The notes under the pieces were generated by a model. That model did no database searches, had not been told where the DNA came from, and saw nothing but the letters and a program-made list of their open reading frames with translations. The position numbers and the translations under genes are program-made. 64,000 nucleotides of DNA, taken from the NCBI GenBank assembly GCA_965222895.1, contig CBDCVB010000001.1:105884-169883 (forward strand). Direction: 5' to 3'. The DNA is from Dehalococcoidia bacterium (GTDB lineage Bacteria; Chloroflexota; Dehalococcoidia; Lucifugimonadales; UBA3495). This document shows positions 51,399 through 60,943 of the stretch, piece after piece. How positions within the stretch are numbered: position 1 is the first letter of the stretch; each line of letters starts with the position of its first letter.

Positions 51399-52154
51399 CT
51401 ATTCTTTCCAGAAGCGCTCTTCAGTCCACTTCCAGCCGTCGGCCGCAACAATCTCCCGGCTGCCTTCGATCATACCGGGGTGGCCGCAGGCGTAGACTAG
51501 GGTGTCGGATTGGTCCAGATTGAACTGGTGCAGGTATTTGGCGACGATGGCGTTGAGGCGGCCGGTTTCGCCTTCCCAGCCGGTGTTGCGCGCTTCGGAG
51601 GGGCGACTGATGGCTGGCACGAAGGTAACCATGTCGGGGTGGGCGGCGGATAGGTCCAGCAGCTCCGTGTCGTATACGAACTCGTCAACGTAGGATGCTC
51701 CTTCAAGGATGTAGAAGTGGTGTCCGGAGCGGTTGTAGTGCAGGTGATCGCGCACGATGCTGACGAAGGGGGCAGTGCCGGTTACGGTGCCAAGCATAAG
51801 GTGCTGATTTACGGTGGGATCCATGACGAAGATTCCCTTGGGTCGGGGCCGGATCGACATGGTGTCGCCGATGCCCATTTGCCACATCAGCGGAGTGAGT
51901 TGGCCGTCGGGCACGAGTTCAACGAAGATTTCCAGCAGGGGTTCGTGGGGGGCGGAGACGATGGAGTAAGCGCGCTCGATCCCTTCCAGGCCGAGGGTGC
52001 AGTATTGTCCGGGTTTGAAGTTGAAGTCCAGATCCTGCGGTTCCAGTTTGATGACCATGAGGTCGTCGGTGTAATCGATGCGCTCGACCAGTTTGGCTCG
52101 GGGCAGGTCTAAAGTGCGGTCTTGGGTTACACGTGCGGTGCGCAGGTTGGTCAT
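51399..52154 (-). CDS. fpr: Ferredoxin--NADP+ reductase, bacterial type
   Basis: FKPGQY, RAYSIVS, GTGTAPF-like, ACGHPGMI, EERFW. Confidence 0.85.
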   Translation of the reverse strand: MTNLRTARVTQDRTLDLPRAKLVERIDYTDDLMVIKLEPQDLDFNFKPGQYCTLGLEGIERAYSIVSAPHEPLLEIFVELVPDGQLTPLMWQMGIGDTMSIRPRPKGIFVMDPTVNQHLMLGTVTGTAPFVSIVRDHLHYNRSGHHFYILEGASYVDEFVYDTELLDLSAAHPDMVTFVPAISRPSEARNTGWEGETGRLNAIVAKYLHQFNLDQSDTLVYACGHPGMIEGSREIVAADGWKWTEERFWKE

Positions 52155-52272
52155 CTTGTCTCCAGGTTCTTATGGTGCAGGCGGAACATGGCTGACCATT
52201 TCAATTAAGTGCGCCGACGCCCGATGGCCGCCGGTGCCCTATCTATGATACCGCATAAATGTTGCGGGGACG

Positions 52273-52308
52273 GGTTTTTACATGGATGCACAGGATAGAC
52301 AGGATTTT
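52273..52308 (-). repeat. Family B strand-oriented repeat
   Basis: GGTTTTTACATGGATGCACAGGATAGACAGGATTTT. Confidence 0.78.
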
Positions 52309-52368
52309 GGGGACGGGTGGTTCACGCTCATCCTGGCTCTCTCCCGTCAAGGCAGACGGGATTTTGGG

Positions 52369-55212
52369 TTAGTTGGGTAACGGGACTACTACGCAGGGTT
52401 CCACGTCAAGGCCGGGGACGCGCGCCATGGGGTTGATGTCTTCGGACATTTGCAGTTCTATGGCCAGCTGGCCGAACAGGGTAGTGGTGGCGACGAGGCC
52501 GGCGGGGATGCGGGCGTCGAGGGCAGCGACGCCGGTGAGGAGGTGGCGCGGGGTTTCCACGGCAACCGGGTCGCCATCGGCGATGCCCCACTGGGCGGCG
52601 TTGTCCGGGTTGAGCTGTACGAGTTCGTCGCGGATGATGCGATTGAGGCCGTCAGAATTGAGGCCGTCAGGTTCAATGGTCATATCGCGGTCGCGTTGCA
52701 GCAGTACGCGGCCGGGGGCGTACAACGCCGGGCGATGGGCATCGGTGGGCGGGTCGACGATGTGGAAGTAGGGCGAGCCGGGTTCCGCTGTGCCGCCGGG
52801 GAAGCCATCGCGGTACAGGGCTGGGGAGGACGGACTGCCGGCGCTGGCGCACGGCCACTGGATGCCGCGTTCTTCGCGGGTGGTGTAGAGGAGCTGCGTC
52901 GGACGTGGAGCATCGACGCCGGTTTTCATCACCAGGGTGGATTCGGCGGCCAGGCGGGCGTAGCTGACACCGCCGTAGTTGACGGTGATAGCAGCGATCT
53001 CATCCATTACCGCCGATGGGTCGGAGTAGTCGATGCCGGGAATGTTGAGGCGTTGGGCAAGTTGGGTCAGTACCCAGCCTTCGGGCATGGCGTCGTTGTT
53101 CCTGACGGTTACTGACGGGCGCACGCGCTGGATGCGACGCTCGAGATTAGTAAAGGTGCCGTCTTTTTCGGCGAAGGTGGATCGGGGCAGCACCACATCG
53201 GCGATTTGTGCTGTCGGGGTCAGAAAAGACTCGGCGACGACGAGGAAATCGAGGCGTTCGAGCGTGTCAATACCGTGTCCGAAGGCGCCGTTGGCGAAGT
53301 TGTTGCTGTCGCCGATGAGGAACATGGTCTGGATGGTTCCGTCGGCGGCGGCTTGCAGCATTGACGCGGCGCCCCGGCTGGTTTGGGATGGCAGGGTGAT
53401 GCCCCAAGCGGCTTCCACTGCGGCGCGATGGGCGTCGTCGTGGAGCGGGCCGCCGCCGGGCAGGCGGTGGGGAATGCAGCCGACGTCGGTGGCCCCCTGT
53501 CCGTTGGCTCCCTGGCACATGGGGAATATGCCGCCGTTGGCGTTGCCGATGTTGTGGGTCAGGAGGGCGAGGTCGGCCAACGCGACCACGCAATCCGGCG
53601 CGATGGCGTCGGAAACGTTGTCGAGGCCGTAGACGATGGCGGCTTCGCTGGCGCTGGCGAACAGGTGGGCGGCGCGGACGACGTCATCCGGAGGGACGCC
53701 AGTGGCGGCGATGGCTGCATCGTCGATGCGTTCGAGCTCGTAAGCGAGGGTGTCGTGACCTTCCGCGTGCTGGGCGAGCCATTCGGAGTCCGTGAGTCCT
53801 TCGTCGATGATAGTTTTCAAGATGGCGCCGATGAGCACCAGCTCGGAGCCCGGGATTGGGCGCAACCAGAGATCGGCGTAGCGGGTCAACTCCACTTCTC
53901 TGACGTCGATGACGATGAGCGGCGTACCGGCCTGGGCGGCCTGTTTGATGGGCACGCCGACGACGTTGTGGCTTTCGGTAAGGTTGGTGTTGAAGACGAG
54001 GATGCAGCCGGCCTTTGCCAGGTCCCAGATGGAGTTGGAGGCGCCGGGGTATCCGAGTACGTCTTCCAGCCCGCTGACCAGCGTGGGCTGGGTGTTGCCG
54101 GAGTGGTCAACGTTGTTGGTGTTCATACCGAGGCGAGCGAATTTCTGGGCGAGGTAAAGCTCTTCGTTGGTGCTGTCGGCAGCGGCGATGAGGCCGAAAC
54201 CGGCGCCGTTCTGGTGGGGCCGCAACTTGGCGGCGACAAGGTTGAGGGCTTCATCCCAGGTGGCAGGTTCCAGCTGACCGTTGCGGCGAATCAGGGGGCG
54301 GCGCAGCCGCTGGCCGCTGGTGAGATGGCTGAGTCCGAACTTGCCCTTGTAGCAAGCCTGGCCGTGATTGGCCGGTGAGTTGAATTCGGGCACGGCGCGG
54401 ATGACCCGGCCCTGCTCATTTTGCTCCAGGTTAATCTGGCAGCCGACGGGGCAATGGGTACAGATGGTGCGCTCTACGCTGGCCGGTTTCTCCCACTTGT
54501 TGTCCCGCTCGGTGAGGGCGCCTACCGGGCAGACGTCGATGCAGGCGCCGCAAAACTCGCAGCCCGATTCCAGCAGAGAGGTGCCGAAGGAGGTGCCGAC
54601 CAGCGCGTTCCCGGAGCGCTCGGTGAAGCAAATGGCATTATCGCCGCGCACCTCTTCGCAGACGCGAACGCAGCGGCCACAGGTGATGCAAAGGTTGAGG
54701 TCGCGATCATAGAACGGGTCTTGCACCTCGAGGGGAATATCCCGATACACGTAGGTCATCGGAGATTCCAGCTCCATGCCGAGGTACCGGACGGTGTCCT
54801 TGAATTCGCAGCGTTCGTTTTTGGGGCACGTTACGCAGCGATCGTTGACGGACACGTGGCGCAGGCAAACGTCGGATGGGCCGCAAATGTCAACGCGGTG
54901 GCAGGTGAGGCAGCCGTTGGGATGTTCCGCGATCAGCATCTCCATGACGGAGCGGCGGAGTTCGGTAACGTCTGGGGTGTCGCTCCAGATGGTCATGCCG
55001 TCGGCTACGGGGAGAGTGCAGGCTGCTGGGAAGCCGCGGCCACCCTCAACGGCGACCACGCACATCCGGCAGGCTCCGAAAGGCTTCATGCCCGAGTGGT
55101 AACAGAGGTAGGGGACGTAGACGCCGGACTCGATGGCCGCTTCCAGCACCATCTTGCCTGGTTGGGTTCTAATCTCGACGCCGTCGATCGAGATGATGAT
55201 GTCGTCAGGCAT
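52369..55212 (-). CDS. NuoG/FdhA-like Fe-S molybdopterin-family subunit
   Basis: [2Fe-2S] LCYH..CRMC..C, HxxxCxxC, two ferredoxin motifs, CTHCPVGC..C.KG, EKDGTFTN.ERR. Confidence 0.88.
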   Translation of the reverse strand: MPDDIIISIDGVEIRTQPGKMVLEAAIESGVYVPYLCYHSGMKPFGACRMCVVAVEGGRGFPAACTLPVADGMTIWSDTPDVTELRRSVMEMLIAEHPNGCLTCHRVDICGPSDVCLRHVSVNDRCVTCPKNERCEFKDTVRYLGMELESPMTYVYRDIPLEVQDPFYDRDLNLCITCGRCVRVCEEVRGDNAICFTERSGNALVGTSFGTSLLESGCEFCGACIDVCPVGALTERDNKWEKPASVERTICTHCPVGCQINLEQNEQGRVIRAVPEFNSPANHGQACYKGKFGLSHLTSGQRLRRPLIRRNGQLEPATWDEALNLVAAKLRPHQNGAGFGLIAAADSTNEELYLAQKFARLGMNTNNVDHSGNTQPTLVSGLEDVLGYPGASNSIWDLAKAGCILVFNTNLTESHNVVGVPIKQAAQAGTPLIVIDVREVELTRYADLWLRPIPGSELVLIGAILKTIIDEGLTDSEWLAQHAEGHDTLAYELERIDDAAIAATGVPPDDVVRAAHLFASASEAAIVYGLDNVSDAIAPDCVVALADLALLTHNIGNANGGIFPMCQGANGQGATDVGCIPHRLPGGGPLHDDAHRAAVEAAWGITLPSQTSRGAASMLQAAADGTIQTMFLIGDSNNFANGAFGHGIDTLERLDFLVVAESFLTPTAQIADVVLPRSTFAEKDGTFTNLERRIQRVRPSVTVRNNDAMPEGWVLTQLAQRLNIPGIDYSDPSAVMDEIAAITVNYGGVSYARLAAESTLVMKTGVDAPRPTQLLYTTREERGIQWPCASAGSPSSPALYRDGFPGGTAEPGSPYFHIVDPPTDAHRPALYAPGRVLLQRDRDMTIEPDGLNSDGLNRIIRDELVQLNPDNAAQWGIADGDPVAVETPRHLLTGVAALDARIPAGLVATTTLFGQLAIELQMSEDINPMARVPGLDVEPCVVVPLPN

Positions 55213-55279
55213 ATCGGCTCCTAAGGCCAGTGTACAAAGTCTATTTTACCGGAGACGGAGTTCCGGTTGCTTATTACAA

Positions 55280-56026
55280 TCAACCGGAAGCAAACGGAAC
55301 TATTCGCAGTTTGGTGTTAAGTGCTCTTCGCCATTGGTCGAAATCGTACCACCCACATCCCACACAGCCGGTTGGGTCTGTTGGGTCTTCCGGTACCCAT
55401 TGTGCATTGCCCTCGTAGAAAAAAATGATTCCAAATGGAGTTCCTCTCTGGCCAGTGTCTACGCAGTGTTCGCAGGCTCTGCTCTTGAGTAAATTGTGGC
55501 TCACGCTGCCGTTGGATGCCTTGAGGACTTGGAACTTCTGCTGTATTTCCTCGTCCGTCATCTCTGAATAATTGACCTGCCCTGCGCGTGTCTCTGGATT
55601 CCAGCGGGTCATCGGAAGTTTGTGATCTATCGTAATCTCTGACGGTTGCCGGTTTGTCAGCTCTACTATGTCGCGTTGTCCCAGTACTCTGAGGAATCGT
55701 CCGATTTGATTCTGGGGGATAGCTGTGGCTGGTATAGCAGGCTTCAATTCGCCAGTCCATCGGTCTTGGCGAGTGGTGCGTTGACACACTGCGCAATGGT
55801 GTGTTCGGCTCTCCAGCACCATTCCAGCGCGTGAACCGGTGCCTCGCTGTAGTCCCTGTATCCCGGAGCCACCGGCTATCTGGGAGGTCCCGACATGGCT
55901 ATATTCGCACTCTCGGCAGTGCCACTCCTGATCCCTGAGCACTGAATACACCAAGTGTATTTTCGTACCTTCCTTGAAGGAGGACTCAAAGAAGGAGGAC
56001 TCAAATTCGCGGGTTGCGTCTGTCAT
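55280..56026 (-). CDS. Putative HNH/Zn-finger restriction endonuclease
   Basis: Four CxxC pairs, IDHKLP...HNLLKSRAC; ATGA overlap with the MTase; lower GC by eye. Confidence 0.68.
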   Translation of the reverse strand: MTDATREFESSFFESSFKEGTKIHLVYSVLRDQEWHCRECEYSHVGTSQIAGGSGIQGLQRGTGSRAGMVLESRTHHCAVCQRTTRQDRWTGELKPAIPATAIPQNQIGRFLRVLGQRDIVELTNRQPSEITIDHKLPMTRWNPETRAGQVNYSEMTDEEIQQKFQVLKASNGSVSHNLLKSRACEHCVDTGQRGTPFGIIFFYEGNAQWVPEDPTDPTGCVGCGWYDFDQWRRALNTKLRIVPFASG

Positions 56027-57042
56027 AAGAAGCTTATGTTTTGCAGGATTCTTCCAGCAGCCGCGTCGAAATGCTCTGGATCGTTCTCATATGCCAAGAC
56101 GTGTCTGCGAGAATTGGCTGCGGCAATTACGGTTGTGGCACTGCCGGCGAATGGGTCCAGTACGAAGCCGCCCTCGTCGCTGAACATGGATATAAATCTG
56201 GTTATCAAGTCAAGAGGTTTTTGAGTTGAATGGATGCGCTCCTGGGGAGAAGGCGACTTGCATTCGAATACGTTGTGAACCGTTTTCCCATGGAATTTCG
56301 TTCTTGGGCGTTTCCCGATGACGATGGCTTCCCAGGCATTGATAGGCTTGTACTTGTGGTTGAACGGGACAGGATTGGTTTTGTGCCATACCATGGTCCC
56401 TACGGCCGAAAGTTTGTGCCCATTGAGGATATCGCAATATTCTCCGATCTGAGCTTGGGCGCAGAATATTACTATCCACCCGCGTATCTTGGGGATGATG
56501 GTACTGGTCCATTCAGCGGGTTTCGGGAATTCTTCATCCCACTGTCCGAAATGCCCTTTGGGCATTATGAAGTCAGAGCCGTTGGTCCGTAGGCGTCGCG
56601 GCACTTGGGTTTCGCACACGTAGGATTTGCTGATGCTATACGGAGGGTCGGTTAGGAGGAGATCTACAGAGAGGTCCCGCAATTCTGATGAGCCAGTTAT
56701 TCCATCTCCGAAGCAGAAATCGTAAAATGGCCCTTGAATTGGCTCTCGTGTGTCTTCAACTGCTTTGGTCTGTTGTAGTGCCTGTTCCAGCTTCCGAGTT
56801 ATTTCATCCGTGTCGCCGTCTTCCAGGGAGACATGCCCTGCGTCGGCTCGGATGTGTCCGAGACTCGTTGTGCGCCCGTTTCTCTTCAGCATTAGCTCCA
56901 CTAAATGAACACCGTTTTCGTCTGTATTGATCAGCGCGTGGCTGATGTGCTTGCGGTCTTCACGGAAAGCATCTGATATCCACCTGTTGACTGTTGCTCT
57001 GATTTGCAGAGTCTGGTCTGCTGGAACTTTGGTCGACGGCAT
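56023..57042 (-). CDS. N6A/N4C DNA methyltransferase (beta-class motif order)
   Basis: TDPPY, WHKTNP, HSTQKP, LDPFAGS; GGAGG RBS before ATG 57042. Confidence 0.9.
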   Translation of the reverse strand: MPSTKVPADQTLQIRATVNRWISDAFREDRKHISHALINTDENGVHLVELMLKRNGRTTSLGHIRADAGHVSLEDGDTDEITRKLEQALQQTKAVEDTREPIQGPFYDFCFGDGITGSSELRDLSVDLLLTDPPYSISKSYVCETQVPRRLRTNGSDFIMPKGHFGQWDEEFPKPAEWTSTIIPKIRGWIVIFCAQAQIGEYCDILNGHKLSAVGTMVWHKTNPVPFNHKYKPINAWEAIVIGKRPRTKFHGKTVHNVFECKSPSPQERIHSTQKPLDLITRFISMFSDEGGFVLDPFAGSATTVIAAANSRRHVLAYENDPEHFDAAAGRILQNISFL

Positions 57043-57153
57043 GGAGCCCTCCAATGTGGTTATTCTGATGGTTCCGTTCACCGGAATTTGTAAACAATCT
57101 CTAATTCGCGAAGCGCCCACCGGAAGTGGAGGAGGTGGTCAGACGAAGCGGGA

Positions 57154-58929
57154 TTAGCGACGGGTCAGGCGAGGGGAGAAGACCTGCTCAGGGCAGTTTC
57201 CGGTGTGTCGCTTTTCGCGGATGTGGGCTTCAAACTCGTCGCCGAAATAGCGCAGGGCGGAGGATACCGGGTTGAAACCGAGCTGGCCGTGCCCGCAGAG
57301 CGAGCCGGCCTGCATATTCTCGCCGATGCTGCGCATGAGCGTCAGGTCTTCCTCGGTACCTTGCAGGTTACTGATTCGTTCCAGAATTTCCAGCAGGTGG
57401 CTCATACCCATGCGGCAGGGGAAGCATTTTCCGCAGGATTCGTACTGACAGAAGGCGATGAGGTTGCGGGTGAGGTCGACGGCGCAGGTGTCCTCGTCGG
57501 CGATGATGATGCCGCCCGAGCCGAGGATGGCGCCGGCGTTGCGAAACACGTCGAAGTCAAGGGCTAGGTCGAGGTTGGTGTCGTTGGCGGACAGGACGCC
57601 ACCGAGGGGGCCGCCGGTTTGCAGCAGCTTCATCCGCTTGCCGTTGGGTACACCACCGGCCATATCGAACAGGACCTGCCGCAGGGTCATGCCAAGGGGG
57701 ACTTCCACCATGCCGGGGAAGGCGATGGCGCCGGTGAGGCAGAGTATTGCCGTGCCGCTGCTGCCGTTGATGCCCCGGTCGCGGTCGGCCGGAGTGCCGA
57801 TGCCAGCGAACCATGCGCCGCCGCGGGCGATGATTTCCGGCACGTAGGCCAGGGTTTTAACGTTGTTGATGTTGGAGGGCTTGCCGAATACGCCCACCTG
57901 GGCCGGGAAAGGCGGCCGGAAACGGGGCATGGAGCGTTTGCCTTCGATGGCTTCCATGAGGGCGGTTTCTTCGCCGGATACGTAGGAATCGCCAGTGAGG
58001 GCAACCTCCACATCGAAAGAGAAATCGGTGCCCAGGATGTTCTGGCCCAGCAAGCCCAGTTCATAGGCCTGCTCGATGATAGCGCGGGTGCGGTCAATGG
58101 GCTGGGAGTGGCCGTGGCGGATGAAGACGTAGCCCCGGTTGGCGCGACACGCGTAGCCGGCAATGGTGATGCCCTCGATGACGGTGGCGGGGTCGCTTTC
58201 CATGATGCCGCGGTCGTTGAACGCGCCGGGGTCGCCCTCTTCGCAGTTGCAGAGGATGTACTTGTTGGGGTCGGGATTGCCGGCGAGGAAGCCCCACTTG
58301 ACGCCGGCCGGGAAGGCGGCGCCGCCCCGTCCACGGAGTCCGGAGGCGCGCACTTCGCCGAGCACTCCGTCCTCATCCATTTGGGTGAGGGCCATGTTGA
58401 GCGCGGCATAGCCGCCGTTGGCGATGTACTGGTAAATGTCGGAGGGGTCGATGTGTCCGGCGTTGCGGAGGGCGATGCGATGCTCGAGGGCGCGCATTGG
58501 GTGGTCGTCGAGGTGGGGGATACCGGCCGGGGCGTCGGAGGGGTCGCCCAGGTAGCCGAGGGCGTGTTCGATTATCGGGTTGCCTCCGCCGACGTGCTCA
58601 GTAACGATGCGCTCAGCGATTGCCGGCGTTACGCGCTGGTAGAAGATGCGGGGGCCGCCGGGAGTTTGCACGTCCAGCAGGGGTTCGGCGAAGCAGAGGC
58701 CGAGGGTTCCCACCTGGGATACGTTAGCATTCACACCCTGAGCATCCAGGGCGGCGCGCACCGCGGCGATGGTTTCAAATCCACCGGCGGCCTCGCCGGC
58801 CAATCCGGTGCCGACGCGAATCCACGGGGCATCGCCGGCCGTTAGCGCCTGCCAGCGTCGGTTGGCTTCGGCCAGGATGCTATCGAACGGGATGCTATCG
58901 AAGGCAGTAGCGGTTTCGGCGGTGGTCAT
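57154..58929 (-). CDS. nuoF: NuoF-like NADH/FMN subunit
   Basis: LRGRGGAAFP, EGDPGAF.DR, GEETAL, ESCGKC.PCR, SLCGHG. Confidence 0.88.
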   Translation of the reverse strand: MTTAETATAFDSIPFDSILAEANRRWQALTAGDAPWIRVGTGLAGEAAGGFETIAAVRAALDAQGVNANVSQVGTLGLCFAEPLLDVQTPGGPRIFYQRVTPAIAERIVTEHVGGGNPIIEHALGYLGDPSDAPAGIPHLDDHPMRALEHRIALRNAGHIDPSDIYQYIANGGYAALNMALTQMDEDGVLGEVRASGLRGRGGAAFPAGVKWGFLAGNPDPNKYILCNCEEGDPGAFNDRGIMESDPATVIEGITIAGYACRANRGYVFIRHGHSQPIDRTRAIIEQAYELGLLGQNILGTDFSFDVEVALTGDSYVSGEETALMEAIEGKRSMPRFRPPFPAQVGVFGKPSNINNVKTLAYVPEIIARGGAWFAGIGTPADRDRGINGSSGTAILCLTGAIAFPGMVEVPLGMTLRQVLFDMAGGVPNGKRMKLLQTGGPLGGVLSANDTNLDLALDFDVFRNAGAILGSGGIIIADEDTCAVDLTRNLIAFCQYESCGKCFPCRMGMSHLLEILERISNLQGTEEDLTLMRSIGENMQAGSLCGHGQLGFNPVSSALRYFGDEFEAHIREKRHTGNCPEQVFSPRLTRR

Positions 58930-58949
58930 AACGTGGTGAGCCGGTGCGT

Positions 58950-59429
58950 TCAGCGGTGGGCGGCGGCGGACAGGCTGGCGACGATTTTGGCGCGGGCGGT
59001 TTCGGGGGTAATCCGTCCGGCCAGGTGGTGGTCGACGGCTATCACCGGAGCGTGTGCGCAGGCTCCCAGACAGGTGTTGTAGCGCAGGGTGGCCTTGCCA
59101 TCGGGGGTGTCGCCTTCATCAGCCAGGTTGAGGGCTTGCAGGGCAGCGGCGATGATGGCGGTGGCGCCCATGACGTGGCAGGACGGGCCCCAGCAGACTT
59201 CGATCCGATGCTCGGTGGGCGGCTCGAACCGGAAGTTGGGGTAAAAGGTGGCCACCGCCCACACGTCGTTGATGGTGGCGTCCATGCGGTCGGCTACGGA
59301 TTCAACGGCCTCTTTGGGGATGTAGCCAATGGCGTCTTCAACCGCGAGCAGCGAAGACAGAACCGTTACGGTACTCTGCTGCTGGTTATTGACCGCCTGG
59401 GTGATGAGTGCGCGTGTGGCGTCGTCCAT
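58950..59429 (-). CDS. nuoE: NuoE-like [2Fe-2S] subunit
   Basis: VATFY, CWGPSC, CLGAC..AP. Confidence 0.88.
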   Translation of the reverse strand: MDDATRALITQAVNNQQQSTVTVLSSLLAVEDAIGYIPKEAVESVADRMDATINDVWAVATFYPNFRFEPPTEHRIEVCWGPSCHVMGATAIIAAALQALNLADEGDTPDGKATLRYNTCLGACAHAPVIAVDHHLAGRITPETARAKIVASLSAAAHR

Positions 59430-59491
59430 TGCGTTGCGGCACCGTAGCTTCGGCGTGGTTTAGCCGGGGGTGTCAAATGGGAGCGGGCGGT

Positions 59492-59509
59492 TTGTGAAAT
59501 TCGTTACAA
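59492..59509. promoter_or_regulatory. Candidate Rex operator upstream of nuoE
   Basis: TTGTGAAATTCGTTACAA vs consensus TTGTGAA-N4-TTCACAA (2 mismatches). Confidence 0.55.
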
Positions 59510-59592
59510 GGGGCGCGCTTGGCCGGCGGTAGTCTAGCACACCGCGACGAGGGCGGGCAACGCAGGGATGGACGTGGGCAGGCTGCGCCGGG

Positions 59593-60174
59593 TCAGCCGC
59601 CGATAATCCGGTCAACCTCCAGTGCAATATCGGGGAATGCCTGTGGTGCGACGCTGTCGCCGGAGCCGTAGCGCTGAACGGTAGAGTACCCGTCGTTGAC
59701 CGGGTTGGCATAGGTTTCAACGCAGTGGTCTGGCAAATTGGCGATCCAGACTTCGGGGATGCCGGCGCGGGCGTAGGCGGCAAGCTTGGCGTTGCGGTCG
59801 TAATACAGTGAAGAGTCGGATACCTCAATGAGCAGGAGCACGTCCCCAGGGCCAGGAGGCCCGGAACGGTATAAGTCGTCGCGGCGCTGCAATACCATGA
59901 TGTCCGGTTGGGGCACGCTATGGTCGTCCAATAGTAGCGGGTTCTGGACTCTGATGCGAGCCTGGCCTCGCCAGGCCAGCGGAAACACTCCTTCGGCAAG
60001 CTCGTCCACGGAAAAAGCGTGGGAGTCGCCAATTGGAGCCATAACTATCACGTCTCCATCCAGCAGCTCCACGCGGTCAGCTTCGGTGAGGATGCCGGCG
60101 TCGGCCATGGCATAGTACTCAGCTGCGTTGAACCGGCGACGGGTTCGGGTGGCGGTCATTGTCTGCGTGCTCAT
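59593..60174 (-). CDS. Uma2 family PD-(D/E)xK endonuclease
   Basis: RVELLDG, PQPD, LLIEVSDSSL.YDR..K..YA..GIPEVW. Confidence 0.92.
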   Translation of the reverse strand: MSTQTMTATRTRRRFNAAEYYAMADAGILTEADRVELLDGDVIVMAPIGDSHAFSVDELAEGVFPLAWRGQARIRVQNPLLLDDHSVPQPDIMVLQRRDDLYRSGPPGPGDVLLLIEVSDSSLYYDRNAKLAAYARAGIPEVWIANLPDHCVETYANPVNDGYSTVQRYGSGDSVAPQAFPDIALEVDRIIGG

Positions 60175-60186
60175 GGCAGAAAGACC

Positions 60187-60843
60187 TCACGTTTGGCTGG
60201 CGGCGCGGTTTTCGAGGGCTTTGTCCATCACGCGTTGGAAAACCTCGTAGGGTTGCGCGCCGGTGAACAGGAGATTGTCGAACACGAAGGTGGGGATGCC
60301 GTTGATACCGTAGCCGAGGGCTTCGTGGTATTGCGCCATGACTCGTTCCGCGTGTTCTCCAGTTTCCAGGCTCTGGCGCAACGCGGCTCCGTCTAGACCC
60401 ACGCTCTGACCGATTTCGGCCAGGACCGACGGGTCGCCAAGGTCGACGCGCTCGTCCCAATAGGCGACATAGGCGGCGTGGTGATACTCCATGAACTTGC
60501 CCTGTTGCTGGGCGAACTCGGTAGCCTGCAGCGACAGCAGGCTGTTGTGAGTGTAGCGGGGCGGGCGCATCACGATGTTTGCTTCGCGGGCGTGGGTGCG
60601 CAGGGGTTCGGTCAGTTCGTCGTCGGATTCACCGGGTCGCGGGTCGCGGGCGCGGCCACTCTCCGGGGTATCGGGGCGCAGGAAATAGGCCCGGCCTTCG
60701 ACGGTGATGTCGTATTCTTTTTCCAGCTGGTCGACGCGTTCCAGGCCGACGTAGCACCAGGGTCAAATATAGTCGTACCAGACGATGACGTGGACGGGAT
60801 CTGGGTCGTTGGGATGGCTGTGTGCGGGCGGTTGAGTGGTCAT
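60187..60843 (-). CDS. DsbA/FrnE-family selenoprotein (Sec27 at TGA 60763-60765)
   Basis: In frame VIVWYDYI-U-PWCYVG, FLRPDTP, GINGIPTF, GAQP; GGAG RBS before ATG 60843. Confidence 0.88.
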
Positions 60844-60943
60844 TTCGAGGGCTCCTCACGGAAGGGGTCGGGCGTAAGGGTCGGGCGGATGAATGGAGTG
60901 CGTGCTCGGTGTCAACTTCGGAAAGGGCGTGGCGTCGCCGGGA

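Noticed and set aside
52369-55212. Selenocysteine formate dehydrogenase
   Set aside because: No in-frame TGA and no Cys at the Mo-ligand position.
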